A stretch of DNA of 33,501 bases from Bdellovibrionota bacterium FG-1. GTDB taxonomy: Bacteria > Bdellovibrionota > UBA1018. Below the pieces are notes generated by a model that ran no database searches, was not told the DNA's origin, and was given only the letters and a program-made list of their open reading frames with translations. Position numbers and translations under genes: made by a program. Shown here one piece after another: positions 1 through 9,081 of the stretch (its first letter is position 1; each line of letters opens with the position of its first letter). The DNA lies in NCBI GenBank assembly GCA_051382295.1, contig JBBCAW010000122.1, positions 1 to 33,501 on the forward strand, in the 5' to 3' direction.

Positions 1-1
1 C

Positions 2-793
2 CAGCTCTCGTTTCAGATGCTGGCGGAGGTCGGTGAAGCGGCAGGGTTTGATTCCAATTTCGGCATTCCTTCTGGATCGCCCATCGTGCCCCCTATTGAA
101 AACCTCTTTCTTTTGCCCCTCGATATCAACTTTCATCACCTGTCCCCTGAGTCTTTTTATGCGAGATATGGCGATGATTTTCTGTTCGCGTCCGTCAGCA
201 AAGAAAGCTGCGAAAAGGCTTCAGCCCAAATCGAGGCGATTACGGGCGAATTGGGTCTTCACGTCTCAAAAGAAAAAAAGGCGGACCTGCTTTTATGCGG
301 CACGAAGAAGTCGCAGGTAGAACCCTTTACCGCCGCGCTCGGAGTCGACTGGCTGGGGATGAGAGTCCTCAGAAACGCCAAAATTGGAATCAAACCCTGC
401 CGCTTCACCGACCTCCGCCAGCATCTGAAACGAGAGCTGGATTCGCTGGTGACCCGAGCGTACCGCGAATTACGCGACCGTCCCGCGGCACGCAAGGCGA
501 TGATTCGCGCTGGAATCGGGGAACTCCTGAGCGGCGAACGGGCCACCGGCCTCACGGCTCTTTTGCATCAACAGCACAACGAGCAGCTTCTCAAGGAGGC
601 TGATTGCTTCGTTGCCGAACAGCTCGTGCGCGAACTCGCCCGCCGCGGAAAAACCGGGCGACGCGAAGCCTGGAAAATTTATCGAGAGCTCGCAGTCCCG
701 TCATTGCTTCAACTCTTTCGAAAGGCACATTACGATTCCTCCAACCGAACCCCCGAGCAAACCTATGAACGGAACATTGCTGAAGCGGCTTGA
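2..793 (+). CDS. Reverse transcriptase (RNA-directed DNA polymerase), 5'-truncated by the window edge; atypical, probably 'unknown group'-type
   Basis: Frame open from base 2. RT motif-4-like FGIPSGSPIVPPIENLFLLPLD, catalytic FYARYGDDFLF, then LGLHVSKEK and VDWLGMRV (motifs 6/7), followed by a basic helical thumb region. Confidence 0.88.
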   Translation, partial: QLSFQMLAEVGEAAGFDSNFGIPSGSPIVPPIENLFLLPLDINFHHLSPESFYARYGDDFLFASVSKESCEKASAQIEAITGELGLHVSKEKKADLLLCGTKKSQVEPFTAALGVDWLGMRVLRNAKIGIKPCRFTDLRQHLKRELDSLVTRAYRELRDRPAARKAMIRAGIGELLSGERATGLTALLHQQHNEQLLKEADCFVAEQLVRELARRGKTGRREAWKIYRELAVPSLLQLFRKAHYDSSNRTPEQTYERNIAEAA

Positions 794-3700
794 GCCAGGG
801 CTCAAGGCCACGGAAAAACGGCGACAAAGAGGACTCCTGGCTTGGTCTCCCCAGGCGTCCGACTTGGCGATCTACGTCCTCTTCAGAAGCCGAGGTTTTC
901 TCTGGCGGGGAACTTGCCGCCTCATTACCGACACGGCCGAAGCCATGGCCATTGCGTGGATCGCCTCGCCCATGCTGGTTCTTTCGTCCATGCTTCTGAG
1001 CGTCGCGGGCGCTCTCGCACGAGCCTCGATGGACGGAATCCTTTCGACCTACCGAAATGCCCGCCTCGAGGGGCGAGACCTCCCGCCCTGGGGAATCGCC
1101 GGCCTCTGCATGGCATCGGCGGCGGTCCCGTACGCGGCGGGTGCTCTTTACCTGCGCACAAATTGGTTTCAGCATCCCGACTACGCGTTTCTCTTCCTGA
1201 CGCGGGCCCTTGCCTTCACCGGCGAAATTTTTGCGACGGCTTGGACTGCGCCCATTACCGCCCGCCATCGAGTGTACATCCCGGGGTGGATTAACTCGCT
1301 TGAAGCAGCGCTGGCGTGCCTCACGGCCGCTGCGATCTCGATGATCGGCGGGCGTACGGGTTTTCTCGCGGCCCTGATCTTATTTATGGTCTTGCGCCTC
1401 GGAACGCAGGCCGGCATCGCCTGGATGACCGTCCGCCAATCGAAAAGTCGGAAGGCGAAAACGGGGCGGCGAGGTGAGCTTGCCTCGGGAACCGCTTTTA
1501 CTGGCTCTCGCGATTGGTTGCGCTGGGCTGCCGCGGCTTCGCACCACGTTCCCGCGACGATCTTGACCGCGCTGTTTTTACAGGAAGGCGCAATACGCCC
1601 CGTGTTTGCCCTTTGGCTTTTTAAAGCGGTCACCTGGAATCTTTCCATGCGGCCCCTCAGATCGCTCTATATCGACATTAGCAGAGCGCTGGAGCGACGA
1701 GACGAATCGAGAGCGGCGCGGCTCCTCTCCCGAACGACCGCATTTGGGCTGATCGGAATTGGAATCTGGACCCCAGCGTGGATCCTGTTTGCTCTACGCA
1801 CCCCGGGAGGTTTTACCACGGCGTTGATCCTGGCCTGGATCGGCGCGACCAGTGCGACCCGTCTGACCTGGACCTCCATGGCGCCGGGAGATCTCGATGC
1901 CGGTCTTCGAATACCCGCACTCTTGACCCGCATGGCCCAGGCCACTCTCATGGCTTGGCCTTGGCTCTCCGCAGCCCTGACTTCGCGATTCCCGGTTTTT
2001 TCGCAGCCCGACCCGCGCGTGATGGGCGCACTGTTACTCGAGATCTTGCTCCTGGTGCTGGCCGCAATGCGCTGGCATTCCCTCAACCGCACAGAGGCGC
2101 TCCGTGCGACACACCCCTTTGGTCCTCCTTGCGGGTTATGGGCGCCGCGACTTTTTCACGCAACCCGGGCCCTGATGCAATCGCCCGAAAAGCCAACCAG
2201 TCTTCCCGGCTCGGCTCTCCGGTTGCGTCTCACTCACCGCACGAGCGAGACGACCCGAGAGTTCCTAGAGCGGGTCGATACGATCCTCAATCAGAAAGCC
2301 TTCCTGCTGGCGCTCGATCCAGTTCATATCATCGCCTGGTTTCCTGAGGTACCCCTAACGAGCGCCGAGGAGCTTCACGTCGCCAAGGAAAATCTACTCA
2401 CGGCGCTCCCGCTTGAGGTCGAATCAATTGCGATCATCCCCGCTGAAAATCTGAATTTTCAGCAAGCACTCCACCCCGGAGACTACCACTACGGCCGAGA
2501 CGCCGGATGGCGCGATCACGAAGGACGCGCCCCTACAAATCCCCTGCTCATCTCCGAACTCTCTCGCCTCAGATTTGACAGCGAATGCGACTGGTTTGAG
2601 CACCTCCCCAGGCGTCGACTCCAGGTCGCAAGCCATACCCACCTACTGGCGATCGTCACCGAGGGGAGCTTCGTCGCCGCGAGCGAAGTGCCCATCGATG
2701 TCCCACCTGCGCTCCGTGATTCAAAATTCACGGAAGCCCGCACTCTGCCCATCGAGTTGACTGAACCGCAATTCAATCTCATCACGCTTCGGCTTTCAAA
2801 ATCGAAGATTGGCCGCACTTTCGAAAAAAACACCCCCGTTCCCCCGCAGGATCGCGACGAAGCGATTGCTTACTGCAAGAGCCAAAAAGGCGGCTTCAGA
2901 TGGCTCCGGCCGGCGAGAATCCGCGCGCTGGCACTCGCGCTCATTCTCTTCGCGGCGACTTTTTCGGTGCCGGCAAGAGCGGCTTCGGACTCTTGGCGCT
3001 TGGCTTGCGACTCCGAGGATAGTGCATTTCCCCTACTCTACCGAAGCCCACAAGGTAAAATCTATGCCATTGCGGATCTCAATTTTAATCTGAGCCCCCA
3101 TATTCGCACTACGTTTCTTTGCGAAAAATGGCTTGAGAGAAATCATTTTCTGCTCGATACAATCGAGGTCGAACCGCTGTACAGCCCCTCGGGCCCCGCT
3201 TTGGCTCGTCTCACCGGAAAATCGAGAGCGCTTTTACATCGGGCTTGTCGCCAGTCAAAAGAATGTAAACTCCGATTTCCTTATGGCGTCGATCTCAATC
3301 CCCAAGCGTGGCTGGATGCCTGGAATGAATTATGGAAAGGGTCACCCTTGGGTGCAGAGGCCGCGGTATGCGAGGGAGAAAGTTGGACCCACCTCCCTCA
3401 GTTTCCGGCTGAACCACTCAAAGAATCCCAGCGTCCCACCCTGGAGGACCTCGACTCCGTACACACCTGGTTCATTCCCGTGACGACCTACAGTGACGAA
3501 GTTGCAACGCTTATCGAGCATTCGGGCGAGGGCCTGGTCTGGGTCTCCACGCTGGCGATGAGTGCCGGCGAGGTGGCCAAGCTTGAACGCGCGCTCGATC
3601 GAAATCCGCAGGCTCGCGTGGTCCTCCTTTTTGATCTTTCCGCCGGACTTCATGAGGGCGCCATCTTTGAAACTCTCGCCCTGCGAAGAAAACAACTCTT

Positions 3701-4733
3701 GATATTACCCGTCTTTCGATCCCCGCGTTTACTTCGCTATTACCACGTCAAAGGCGCCGCCAGCGCCAGAGCAGGGCTGCTCTCCTTCACCTCCGGAAAT
3801 TTGAAAAGCTATGGGCGCCACGCGCTACTGGATCTCGGCTTCTCGGCCCACTCCGCCACGGCGGCGCGGGCCCTTGCGGGATCGCTCGCGCGAATCGCGG
3901 CGCAGGTCTGCACCGAAGCGCCTTATCTTGCATGCACCCTCAAGGCGAGGTTTGAAGACAACGACCCCCGCGCGGCCGAAATAACCACTTCATTTCGCGA
4001 GACCTGCGCGGCACTCGCAAAATCCGAAGAAGCCACCGCATTGGCCGGGCAATCGGCCGAAAACTCGCCCTTCTTCACCACCCAGGAGACTGATGTCACC
4101 CAGACAATAAAATCACTCATTAGCCGGACTACCCGTCGTCTGGATGGCGCGGTCCACCAGTTTAACGCCTCTTCCTTGGCAGAAGCATTCAGTCATGCCT
4201 CGGACCGAAAGCTGGAAACCCACCTCTTTTTAGGGTCCTCAGCCGCGATGGATCTCGCCGGCTGGGAGGCCCACGCAAAATTTCTGATCTCCGACTTCAG
4301 CACTCTTCTCTGGGGATCTGGTAACTTCACCTCCAATGGATTGTCTAAATCGTTGGAGATATTTTTCGTCACGCATCATCCACAGCTCTTAAATGCCGCG
4401 CAGTCCTATCTGGCCACTTTCTACGAGTTACAGGGCGCTTACCTGCCTCCTGCGTCTTGGCCAGTCGCCGTAAATCCTGATCAGGGACAGCCTCCGTTAG
4501 AGCAGGCATGGGCGTTACTAAAACCTTCGGAAGTTTATCGGTTGAAACTCAAACACCCCACCACTGCGAGTGGCCTTCACGCGGAAGGTCCCCAAGAATG
4601 GGCAACACTGCCTGAGCACGTCCCCACGCTGGTGCGATTACCTCAAGCCATGCTGTCTTGCCTCTCATTGCTCGGTCAGAAAAAACAGCGGCCGCTTCTC
4701 TACGGACTCGCAAGCGTGGAGCATTGTCTTTAA
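765..4733 (+). CDS. Large membrane protein: about 11-12 N-terminal TM helices, a soluble linker, an internal TM/signal-like segment and a C-terminal phospholipase D-superfamily domain
   Basis: ATG at 765 overlaps the RT stop. Repeated hydrophobic helices to about 2070. PLD half-motifs YHVKGAASA...FTSGNL (about 3744-3803) and HAKFLISD...WGSGNFTSNG (about 4272-4340). Confidence 0.8.
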   Translation: MNGTLLKRLEPGLKATEKRRQRGLLAWSPQASDLAIYVLFRSRGFLWRGTCRLITDTAEAMAIAWIASPMLVLSSMLLSVAGALARASMDGILSTYRNARLEGRDLPPWGIAGLCMASAAVPYAAGALYLRTNWFQHPDYAFLFLTRALAFTGEIFATAWTAPITARHRVYIPGWINSLEAALACLTAAAISMIGGRTGFLAALILFMVLRLGTQAGIAWMTVRQSKSRKAKTGRRGELASGTAFTGSRDWLRWAAAASHHVPATILTALFLQEGAIRPVFALWLFKAVTWNLSMRPLRSLYIDISRALERRDESRAARLLSRTTAFGLIGIGIWTPAWILFALRTPGGFTTALILAWIGATSATRLTWTSMAPGDLDAGLRIPALLTRMAQATLMAWPWLSAALTSRFPVFSQPDPRVMGALLLEILLLVLAAMRWHSLNRTEALRATHPFGPPCGLWAPRLFHATRALMQSPEKPTSLPGSALRLRLTHRTSETTREFLERVDTILNQKAFLLALDPVHIIAWFPEVPLTSAEELHVAKENLLTALPLEVESIAIIPAENLNFQQALHPGDYHYGRDAGWRDHEGRAPTNPLLISELSRLRFDSECDWFEHLPRRRLQVASHTHLLAIVTEGSFVAASEVPIDVPPALRDSKFTEARTLPIELTEPQFNLITLRLSKSKIGRTFEKNTPVPPQDRDEAIAYCKSQKGGFRWLRPARIRALALALILFAATFSVPARAASDSWRLACDSEDSAFPLLYRSPQGKIYAIADLNFNLSPHIRTTFLCEKWLERNHFLLDTIEVEPLYSPSGPALARLTGKSRALLHRACRQSKECKLRFPYGVDLNPQAWLDAWNELWKGSPLGAEAAVCEGESWTHLPQFPAEPLKESQRPTLEDLDSVHTWFIPVTTYSDEVATLIEHSGEGLVWVSTLAMSAGEVAKLERALDRNPQARVVLLFDLSAGLHEGAIFETLALRRKQLLILPVFRSPRLLRYYHVKGAASARAGLLSFTSGNLKSYGRHALLDLGFSAHSATAARALAGSLARIAAQVCTEAPYLACTLKARFEDNDPRAAEITTSFRETCAALAKSEEATALAGQSAENSPFFTTQETDVTQTIKSLISRTTRRLDGAVHQFNASSLAEAFSHASDRKLETHLFLGSSAAMDLAGWEAHAKFLISDFSTLLWGSGNFTSNGLSKSLEIFFVTHHPQLLNAAQSYLATFYELQGAYLPPASWPVAVNPDQGQPPLEQAWALLKPSEVYRLKLKHPTTASGLHAEGPQEWATLPEHVPTLVRLPQAMLSCLSLLGQKKQRPLLYGLASVEHCL

Positions 4734-4735
4734 AA

Positions 4736-5476
4736 TCACTTCACCAGTTCCTGCGAACGAAGAAAGACGGTACGTCTGAGTGCCATCTGCATTCTGGGAT
4801 CACCGGCCTGCGCGGCGAGTGCATCGCGAACGGCATCTTTCTGTTGGATCCATGAAGGCTCTAAATCAAGCAGACCATACAGAGCCAGGAGCGGTATTTC
4901 TGCCCCTGGCTCGTCCGCGCTCACGGCGTGGGCCAATAGACTCCGATAGATTCGCTTCAGCTCCACGTTCACTTCGCCCCTGCCTGGCAGCGCGAGCAAG
5001 AGCCTCACGAGCTGAACTCTCTCACGCCAGGCGCCCACCGGTAGGGTCTGAAATGCCCGATTTACCGCTGAAATCGTCTGAGCAGGCTGAGAGGCCAATT
5101 CGTGAAACGAACGAGTCGAGTAGGCTTGTTGTTCGCGATCCGATCCTTCGACGGCAGCCAGAATCGCAACCTGAGTCGCCAGGGTTTCTTGATTTTTAAA
5201 ATAAACTAAAATTTGCGGCAATAATCCCGCTGCAATCGGAAAGTCACGCTCTGTTAAAGTCCCGCTCCGCTCCTGCGGTATCAGAGGTAAAACCGCCAAC
5301 CAGCTCAGCGCATATTCGAGGCGCGAGGGCAGTCGATGCTGAGCGGATACCCGAGCATGAAAAAAATGCGGCCCTTTTGTCGCAAGAAGTGTCGTAAAAA
5401 TCCCAAACGAAAAAGCGACCCCTACCGACACCCAGCCAAATCGCCGCAGTCTTAGACGGACCCAGACCGAACTCAC
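4736..5476 (-). CDS. Hypothetical protein with N-terminal TM anchor and helical (HEAT-like) C-terminus
   Basis: GTG at 5476 overlaps the upstream TGA (GTGA coupling). Basic patch RLRLRR followed by hydrophobic FGWVSVGVAFSFGIFTTLLA; Leu/Ala/Arg-rich helices. Confidence 0.6.
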   Translation of the reverse strand: MSSVWVRLRLRRFGWVSVGVAFSFGIFTTLLATKGPHFFHARVSAQHRLPSRLEYALSWLAVLPLIPQERSGTLTERDFPIAAGLLPQILVYFKNQETLATQVAILAAVEGSDREQQAYSTRSFHELASQPAQTISAVNRAFQTLPVGAWRERVQLVRLLLALPGRGEVNVELKRIYRSLLAHAVSADEPGAEIPLLALYGLLDLEPSWIQQKDAVRDALAAQAGDPRMQMALRRTVFLRSQELVK

Positions 5477-7716
5477 ATAGACCCCCAGAAGGACCATCCC
5501 GCATCCAGATACATGGACTTCTGATCGGCCTTCTCATCTCCGATGGTATTGCCGTGTTCCGATCCTGACGGGCACTCGACGGCGTAATCGCCCACCCCCT
5601 TATAGCCGAGTTCAAATTTATTCTTCGGAACCCCGAAGGCGTCAGTTGTAATATTTCCGAACTCATCCAGAACCATATAGGCGCCATTAAGCGCTTTAAC
5701 CGCACCTACCGTGATCAGGGCCGTGCGAAAAAGATAATTGCGCTGTTCATAGCTCAGATTCCACAGTTCACGCGAAAAATAATCACCCGCGACATGTTTT
5801 GAAGTCGAACTCCCATACATGTCAAGATGCATGCGCTCGAGTAGTTGATCATATTTTGAACCCGTCGGATCGATTGCAAGGCGCACCACCGCGCCCTTGG
5901 GCAAGGAGGACACTTCAAAATCGCAGGCATAATATTCGCGCTTACCTTCGACAATTTTTTTAAAGGTCCCACCAGTGATTTTTGCCGCAAGAGGCTTGGA
6001 CCACACCGGGAGAATCTTTTTGTTACTTCCCAGGTTCGTATTTCCAAACGTGCCCACCACCGAAGAAACGTACGAATAAACCTGCAGATCCTTTTTAAGG
6101 TAGTCCGCACAAGCCTTATTCACGACATCCCCATTGACATGATCAAGGCCATGAGATCCCCAGGAGTAGTCCCATTGACTTGCGTCCCCCTGTCCGCCGA
6201 CTGAGTAGTTGCAAGTGTGACCTGGCAGCAGTAGCCTACCGAAAATACTGGCCGAGGTATCCTTGGGGACGGGAAATTGAATCCCGCTCGATGCGGTTGC
6301 GTCCTGAACCGGAAATTTGGCCGGCGCCCAGCCGCCTGGATAGTCAGCACTGGAATGATTCGGAGTCACGCCCCATTCATCCCAATTAAAGAGAGCGTAG
6401 TTTCTGGAAAGTGTGACGCCATAACCACTGATGAGCTTCTTCTGTACCGTGTTAAAGTAATATTCAAACGACGAGATCGTATCTTTCGTTTTTTTGATGA
6501 CAGCAGAGTGAGCTTTTACCTGCGCGTCGATGAGCTTCGTGTACTGCTCGGTAACTTTATTTATCGACTCTTTAAGAAAGTTCTGAAACGCGCTTTTCAT
6601 CTGGTACTCGAGGTAGTTTGCACCGGTTTTCCCCCCGGCAATTGCGCCAACAATAGAGACAAACGGCCCCGCCAGGTTTCCGGCCAACGCTCCATAGAAC
6701 GCAAACATCTCAGAAAGTCCCTGAAGTTCAAGCTTTCCGTCCGAGATTCCGGGCTCGATAAATACGTGATCCTTGTTGATTTTTCCATCAGCACCGAGGA
6801 TTTGCTCGGGCTTCAACCCGTCCAAAGAAATATTCTGGATCGACACATGCGCGTAAGCTTCGACATAAACCTTGGCTGGAAGGTTGTTTCCCCCGTAGCT
6901 TTGCAGATCGACAAAAGCCCACACACTCAAGGCACCGACGATCTTAAAATCGATCGTGACGGTATTGTCCTTATTCAGGGTAATCTGGGGAGCCGGTGCA
7001 GAGAGTAGATCCAGTTTCCACAGGTCCGAGATCAGGATATCGGCGCCGTATTGATCAATGTGGCAGACATAATTGGGATATTTTTTTCCGTTGCAGAAAA
7101 GATGAGAGTCCAACTTAAGGAGGGCATCCGCTGCATCCGTGAATGTTCCTTGAGGAACGAGCGATTCGATTTTGAGTACCGCTTGTTTTGGTTTTTGTAT
7201 GACGGTAATTTTGAACGGCGCACTGAGCCCTTCCATAGCTGTCTGCAAGTGAGTAAGAATATCAATAGCCGTGTCTCCATTGATCGGCGTATAAGAATAC
7301 TCGATACCATTCAGTTTAACCCAGTATTTATGTCCGACAGAGATGCCATCTTTCAGCGTGATTTCGTCATATTGGGGCGCCGCAAACGCGGCTACCATCT
7401 GCTTTGTAAGCTCGGCACGGGCGGTATCCAAGAGTTCTCGATAGGGAATCGTATACCCTCCATCCTGGGCACCCAAGAAAGGGGTTTGGTCATCAATTCC
7501 ATATAAGAATAACGGAGACGCATTGAGCTTTGAGATATCATCAGGAAGGGGCGGCAGACTTTGAATCGGCGCAAAAATCTGTGCGAGCGCCATGCCACTG
7601 ATATAAGGAAGCCGCGGCCCATCGTTGGCCCCATCGGCAGGATCAGCCTGAGTTGCCGTCGAGACCGCCGCTGAGGCCGTCAACAGTAGCGCGATCATTT
7701 TTTTATTGAGATGCAT
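5473..7716 (-). CDS. Large secreted hypothetical protein
   Basis: Long ORF. ATG 7716 is preceded by a GGGGG RBS and gives the signal peptide MHLNKKMIALLLTASAAVSTATQA. Alternative start 7758 overlaps the upstream stop. Confidence 0.75.
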   Translation of the reverse strand: MHLNKKMIALLLTASAAVSTATQADPADGANDGPRLPYISGMALAQIFAPIQSLPPLPDDISKLNASPLFLYGIDDQTPFLGAQDGGYTIPYRELLDTARAELTKQMVAAFAAPQYDEITLKDGISVGHKYWVKLNGIEYSYTPINGDTAIDILTHLQTAMEGLSAPFKITVIQKPKQAVLKIESLVPQGTFTDAADALLKLDSHLFCNGKKYPNYVCHIDQYGADILISDLWKLDLLSAPAPQITLNKDNTVTIDFKIVGALSVWAFVDLQSYGGNNLPAKVYVEAYAHVSIQNISLDGLKPEQILGADGKINKDHVFIEPGISDGKLELQGLSEMFAFYGALAGNLAGPFVSIVGAIAGGKTGANYLEYQMKSAFQNFLKESINKVTEQYTKLIDAQVKAHSAVIKKTKDTISSFEYYFNTVQKKLISGYGVTLSRNYALFNWDEWGVTPNHSSADYPGGWAPAKFPVQDATASSGIQFPVPKDTSASIFGRLLLPGHTCNYSVGGQGDASQWDYSWGSHGLDHVNGDVVNKACADYLKKDLQVYSYVSSVVGTFGNTNLGSNKKILPVWSKPLAAKITGGTFKKIVEGKREYYACDFEVSSLPKGAVVRLAIDPTGSKYDQLLERMHLDMYGSSTSKHVAGDYFSRELWNLSYEQRNYLFRTALITVGAVKALNGAYMVLDEFGNITTDAFGVPKNKFELGYKGVGDYAVECPSGSEHGNTIGDEKADQKSMYLDAGWSFWGSM

Positions 7717-7750
7717 TGTCGCCCCCGTGTTTCTATCAGTGAGAGATTGA

Positions 7751-8722
7751 TCATTCATTCACCGGAACCAAAAAAGGCTTAGCCCCCGACGAAAGCGAAC
7801 GAAGGACCAACTTGCCACGGAGCGGAATCGACCTGATTTTGCCTTGATTCGCGCGCATTTGCTCGCGAGCGGCTTTGATCGCAGCCCCCATCTGCTTCGC
7901 GCTGAGTGCCCGCTGTCCCACCGCCGCGATAAAATCCGCATTGTTTTGCCTACGAAGTGAAGCGTCGGTCTCCATCTCGTTATAAAAATTCAGGGCCATC
8001 AGGCGCACGCGAAACGACCTCCGCTCGTTGGCCCTTGAGGTTTTGGGTAGGGCGGCGCCGATCAGGATGGCCCTGCCTTGTGCCAGGTTCCCAGAAATTT
8101 TGGCCAGCCCGCCCGCAAGTCGGAGCAACTCAATGGTCTCCTTGGCCGAACTGGTCCCGACCCGCACGAGGGCGGTTTCGATATCCGCGAGGGCCTGGGT
8201 TGCATTATTTTTGAGACTACCGAAGTACGAAGTGCGAAAGGCATAACGATGATAATGTCCCGCCTGCCCGCGAATACTGTATTTGGCCCCGGGTTCATCC
8301 ATACCGGTCACTATTATACGACGAGAGGCCGATTTTTTTCGGCGAATCACTTCGTCGCGGAAGAGCTGGTATCCGACCTGCTTCATGAGTTTTGTCGAAG
8401 TAGACAGCCCCGCGTAGTGCTCTTGAAAATCGGGTGTCGCGAGCAATTGATACTGGGCAAAACCTTCGAGCCTTTTATTCTTCGTCAGACGAGAGATCTT
8501 GAGAGCACGAAACCCCCCTTTTTGTCCGAGAATCCGGCGAATTGCCGCTTTGTCCGAGGACTGAAGAAATTCTGCGACATCGGTCGTCACTTTCACTTGC
8601 TCGCGCACCGTGGACTCGTCGGCATGATTACACCCCGCCAACGATGCGAGAATGATCACGCCAATCAACGCGCGCTTCATCAACAACATTAACAACATTT
8701 TCCACTCTGAAAAGTGCGACAT
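7751..8722 (-). CDS. Hypothetical lipoprotein
   Basis: MKRALIGVIILASLAGC lipobox. AAGGGG RBS 8 nt before ATG 8722 (alternative start 8680). Basic, helical body. Confidence 0.7.
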   Translation of the reverse strand: MSHFSEWKMLLMLLMKRALIGVIILASLAGCNHADESTVREQVKVTTDVAEFLQSSDKAAIRRILGQKGGFRALKISRLTKNKRLEGFAQYQLLATPDFQEHYAGLSTSTKLMKQVGYQLFRDEVIRRKKSASRRIIVTGMDEPGAKYSIRGQAGHYHRYAFRTSYFGSLKNNATQALADIETALVRVGTSSAKETIELLRLAGGLAKISGNLAQGRAILIGAALPKTSRANERRSFRVRLMALNFYNEMETDASLRRQNNADFIAAVGQRALSAKQMGAAIKAAREQMRANQGKIRSIPLRGKLVLRSLSSGAKPFLVPVNE

Positions 8723-9081
8723 CCCCATCACCCCTTGTATGGCTATTAAGAATAGTTTATTTTACTTGATTATTTTAGTCAAGCATTGGAGATCAACTAA
8801 TATTATCAATAAATTACATGCATTTATGTGACTTAATTTAAACGGCGACTTATGGAATAGCGGGGTCAGACCTCCACTACCCGCCCAGGATTGGGCCATT
8901 TATTTGAAGCCGTTGTCTTTACAGTTTGTGTTTGCGTTTAAGGCCCATAAGCTCTTTCGCAAGATGAGCTGAGACGCCTTTCATTTAGATTTGACCACGG
9001 TTTGTCTTGACCGGATTGTCTGATTCGATTCTTGAGATTTATAAATAACCGTTTAAACTATTTATATGGAACAGGGGATTT

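Noticed and set aside
612..764. ORF-track start at 612 for the membrane-PLD protein
   Set aside because: It would overlap the RT by about 180 bp; ATG 765 near the RT stop is more plausible.
2..793. RT as part of a DGR targeting the LamG protein, a group II intron or a CRISPR-associated RT
   Set aside because: No DGR SQ motif, no TR/VR pair differing at adenines, no intron domain V/VI after the ORF (the next gene overlaps it), and no cas genes or array seen. Upstream context is outside the window.
6277..8692. Plus-strand ORFs of 243, 151 and 204 aa
   Set aside because: Antisense shadows of the minus-strand operon, which has signal peptides and RBSs.
8682..8699. Tandem AACAACATT x2 giving MLLMLLM
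   Set aside because: Only two units; insufficient evidence for phase variation.
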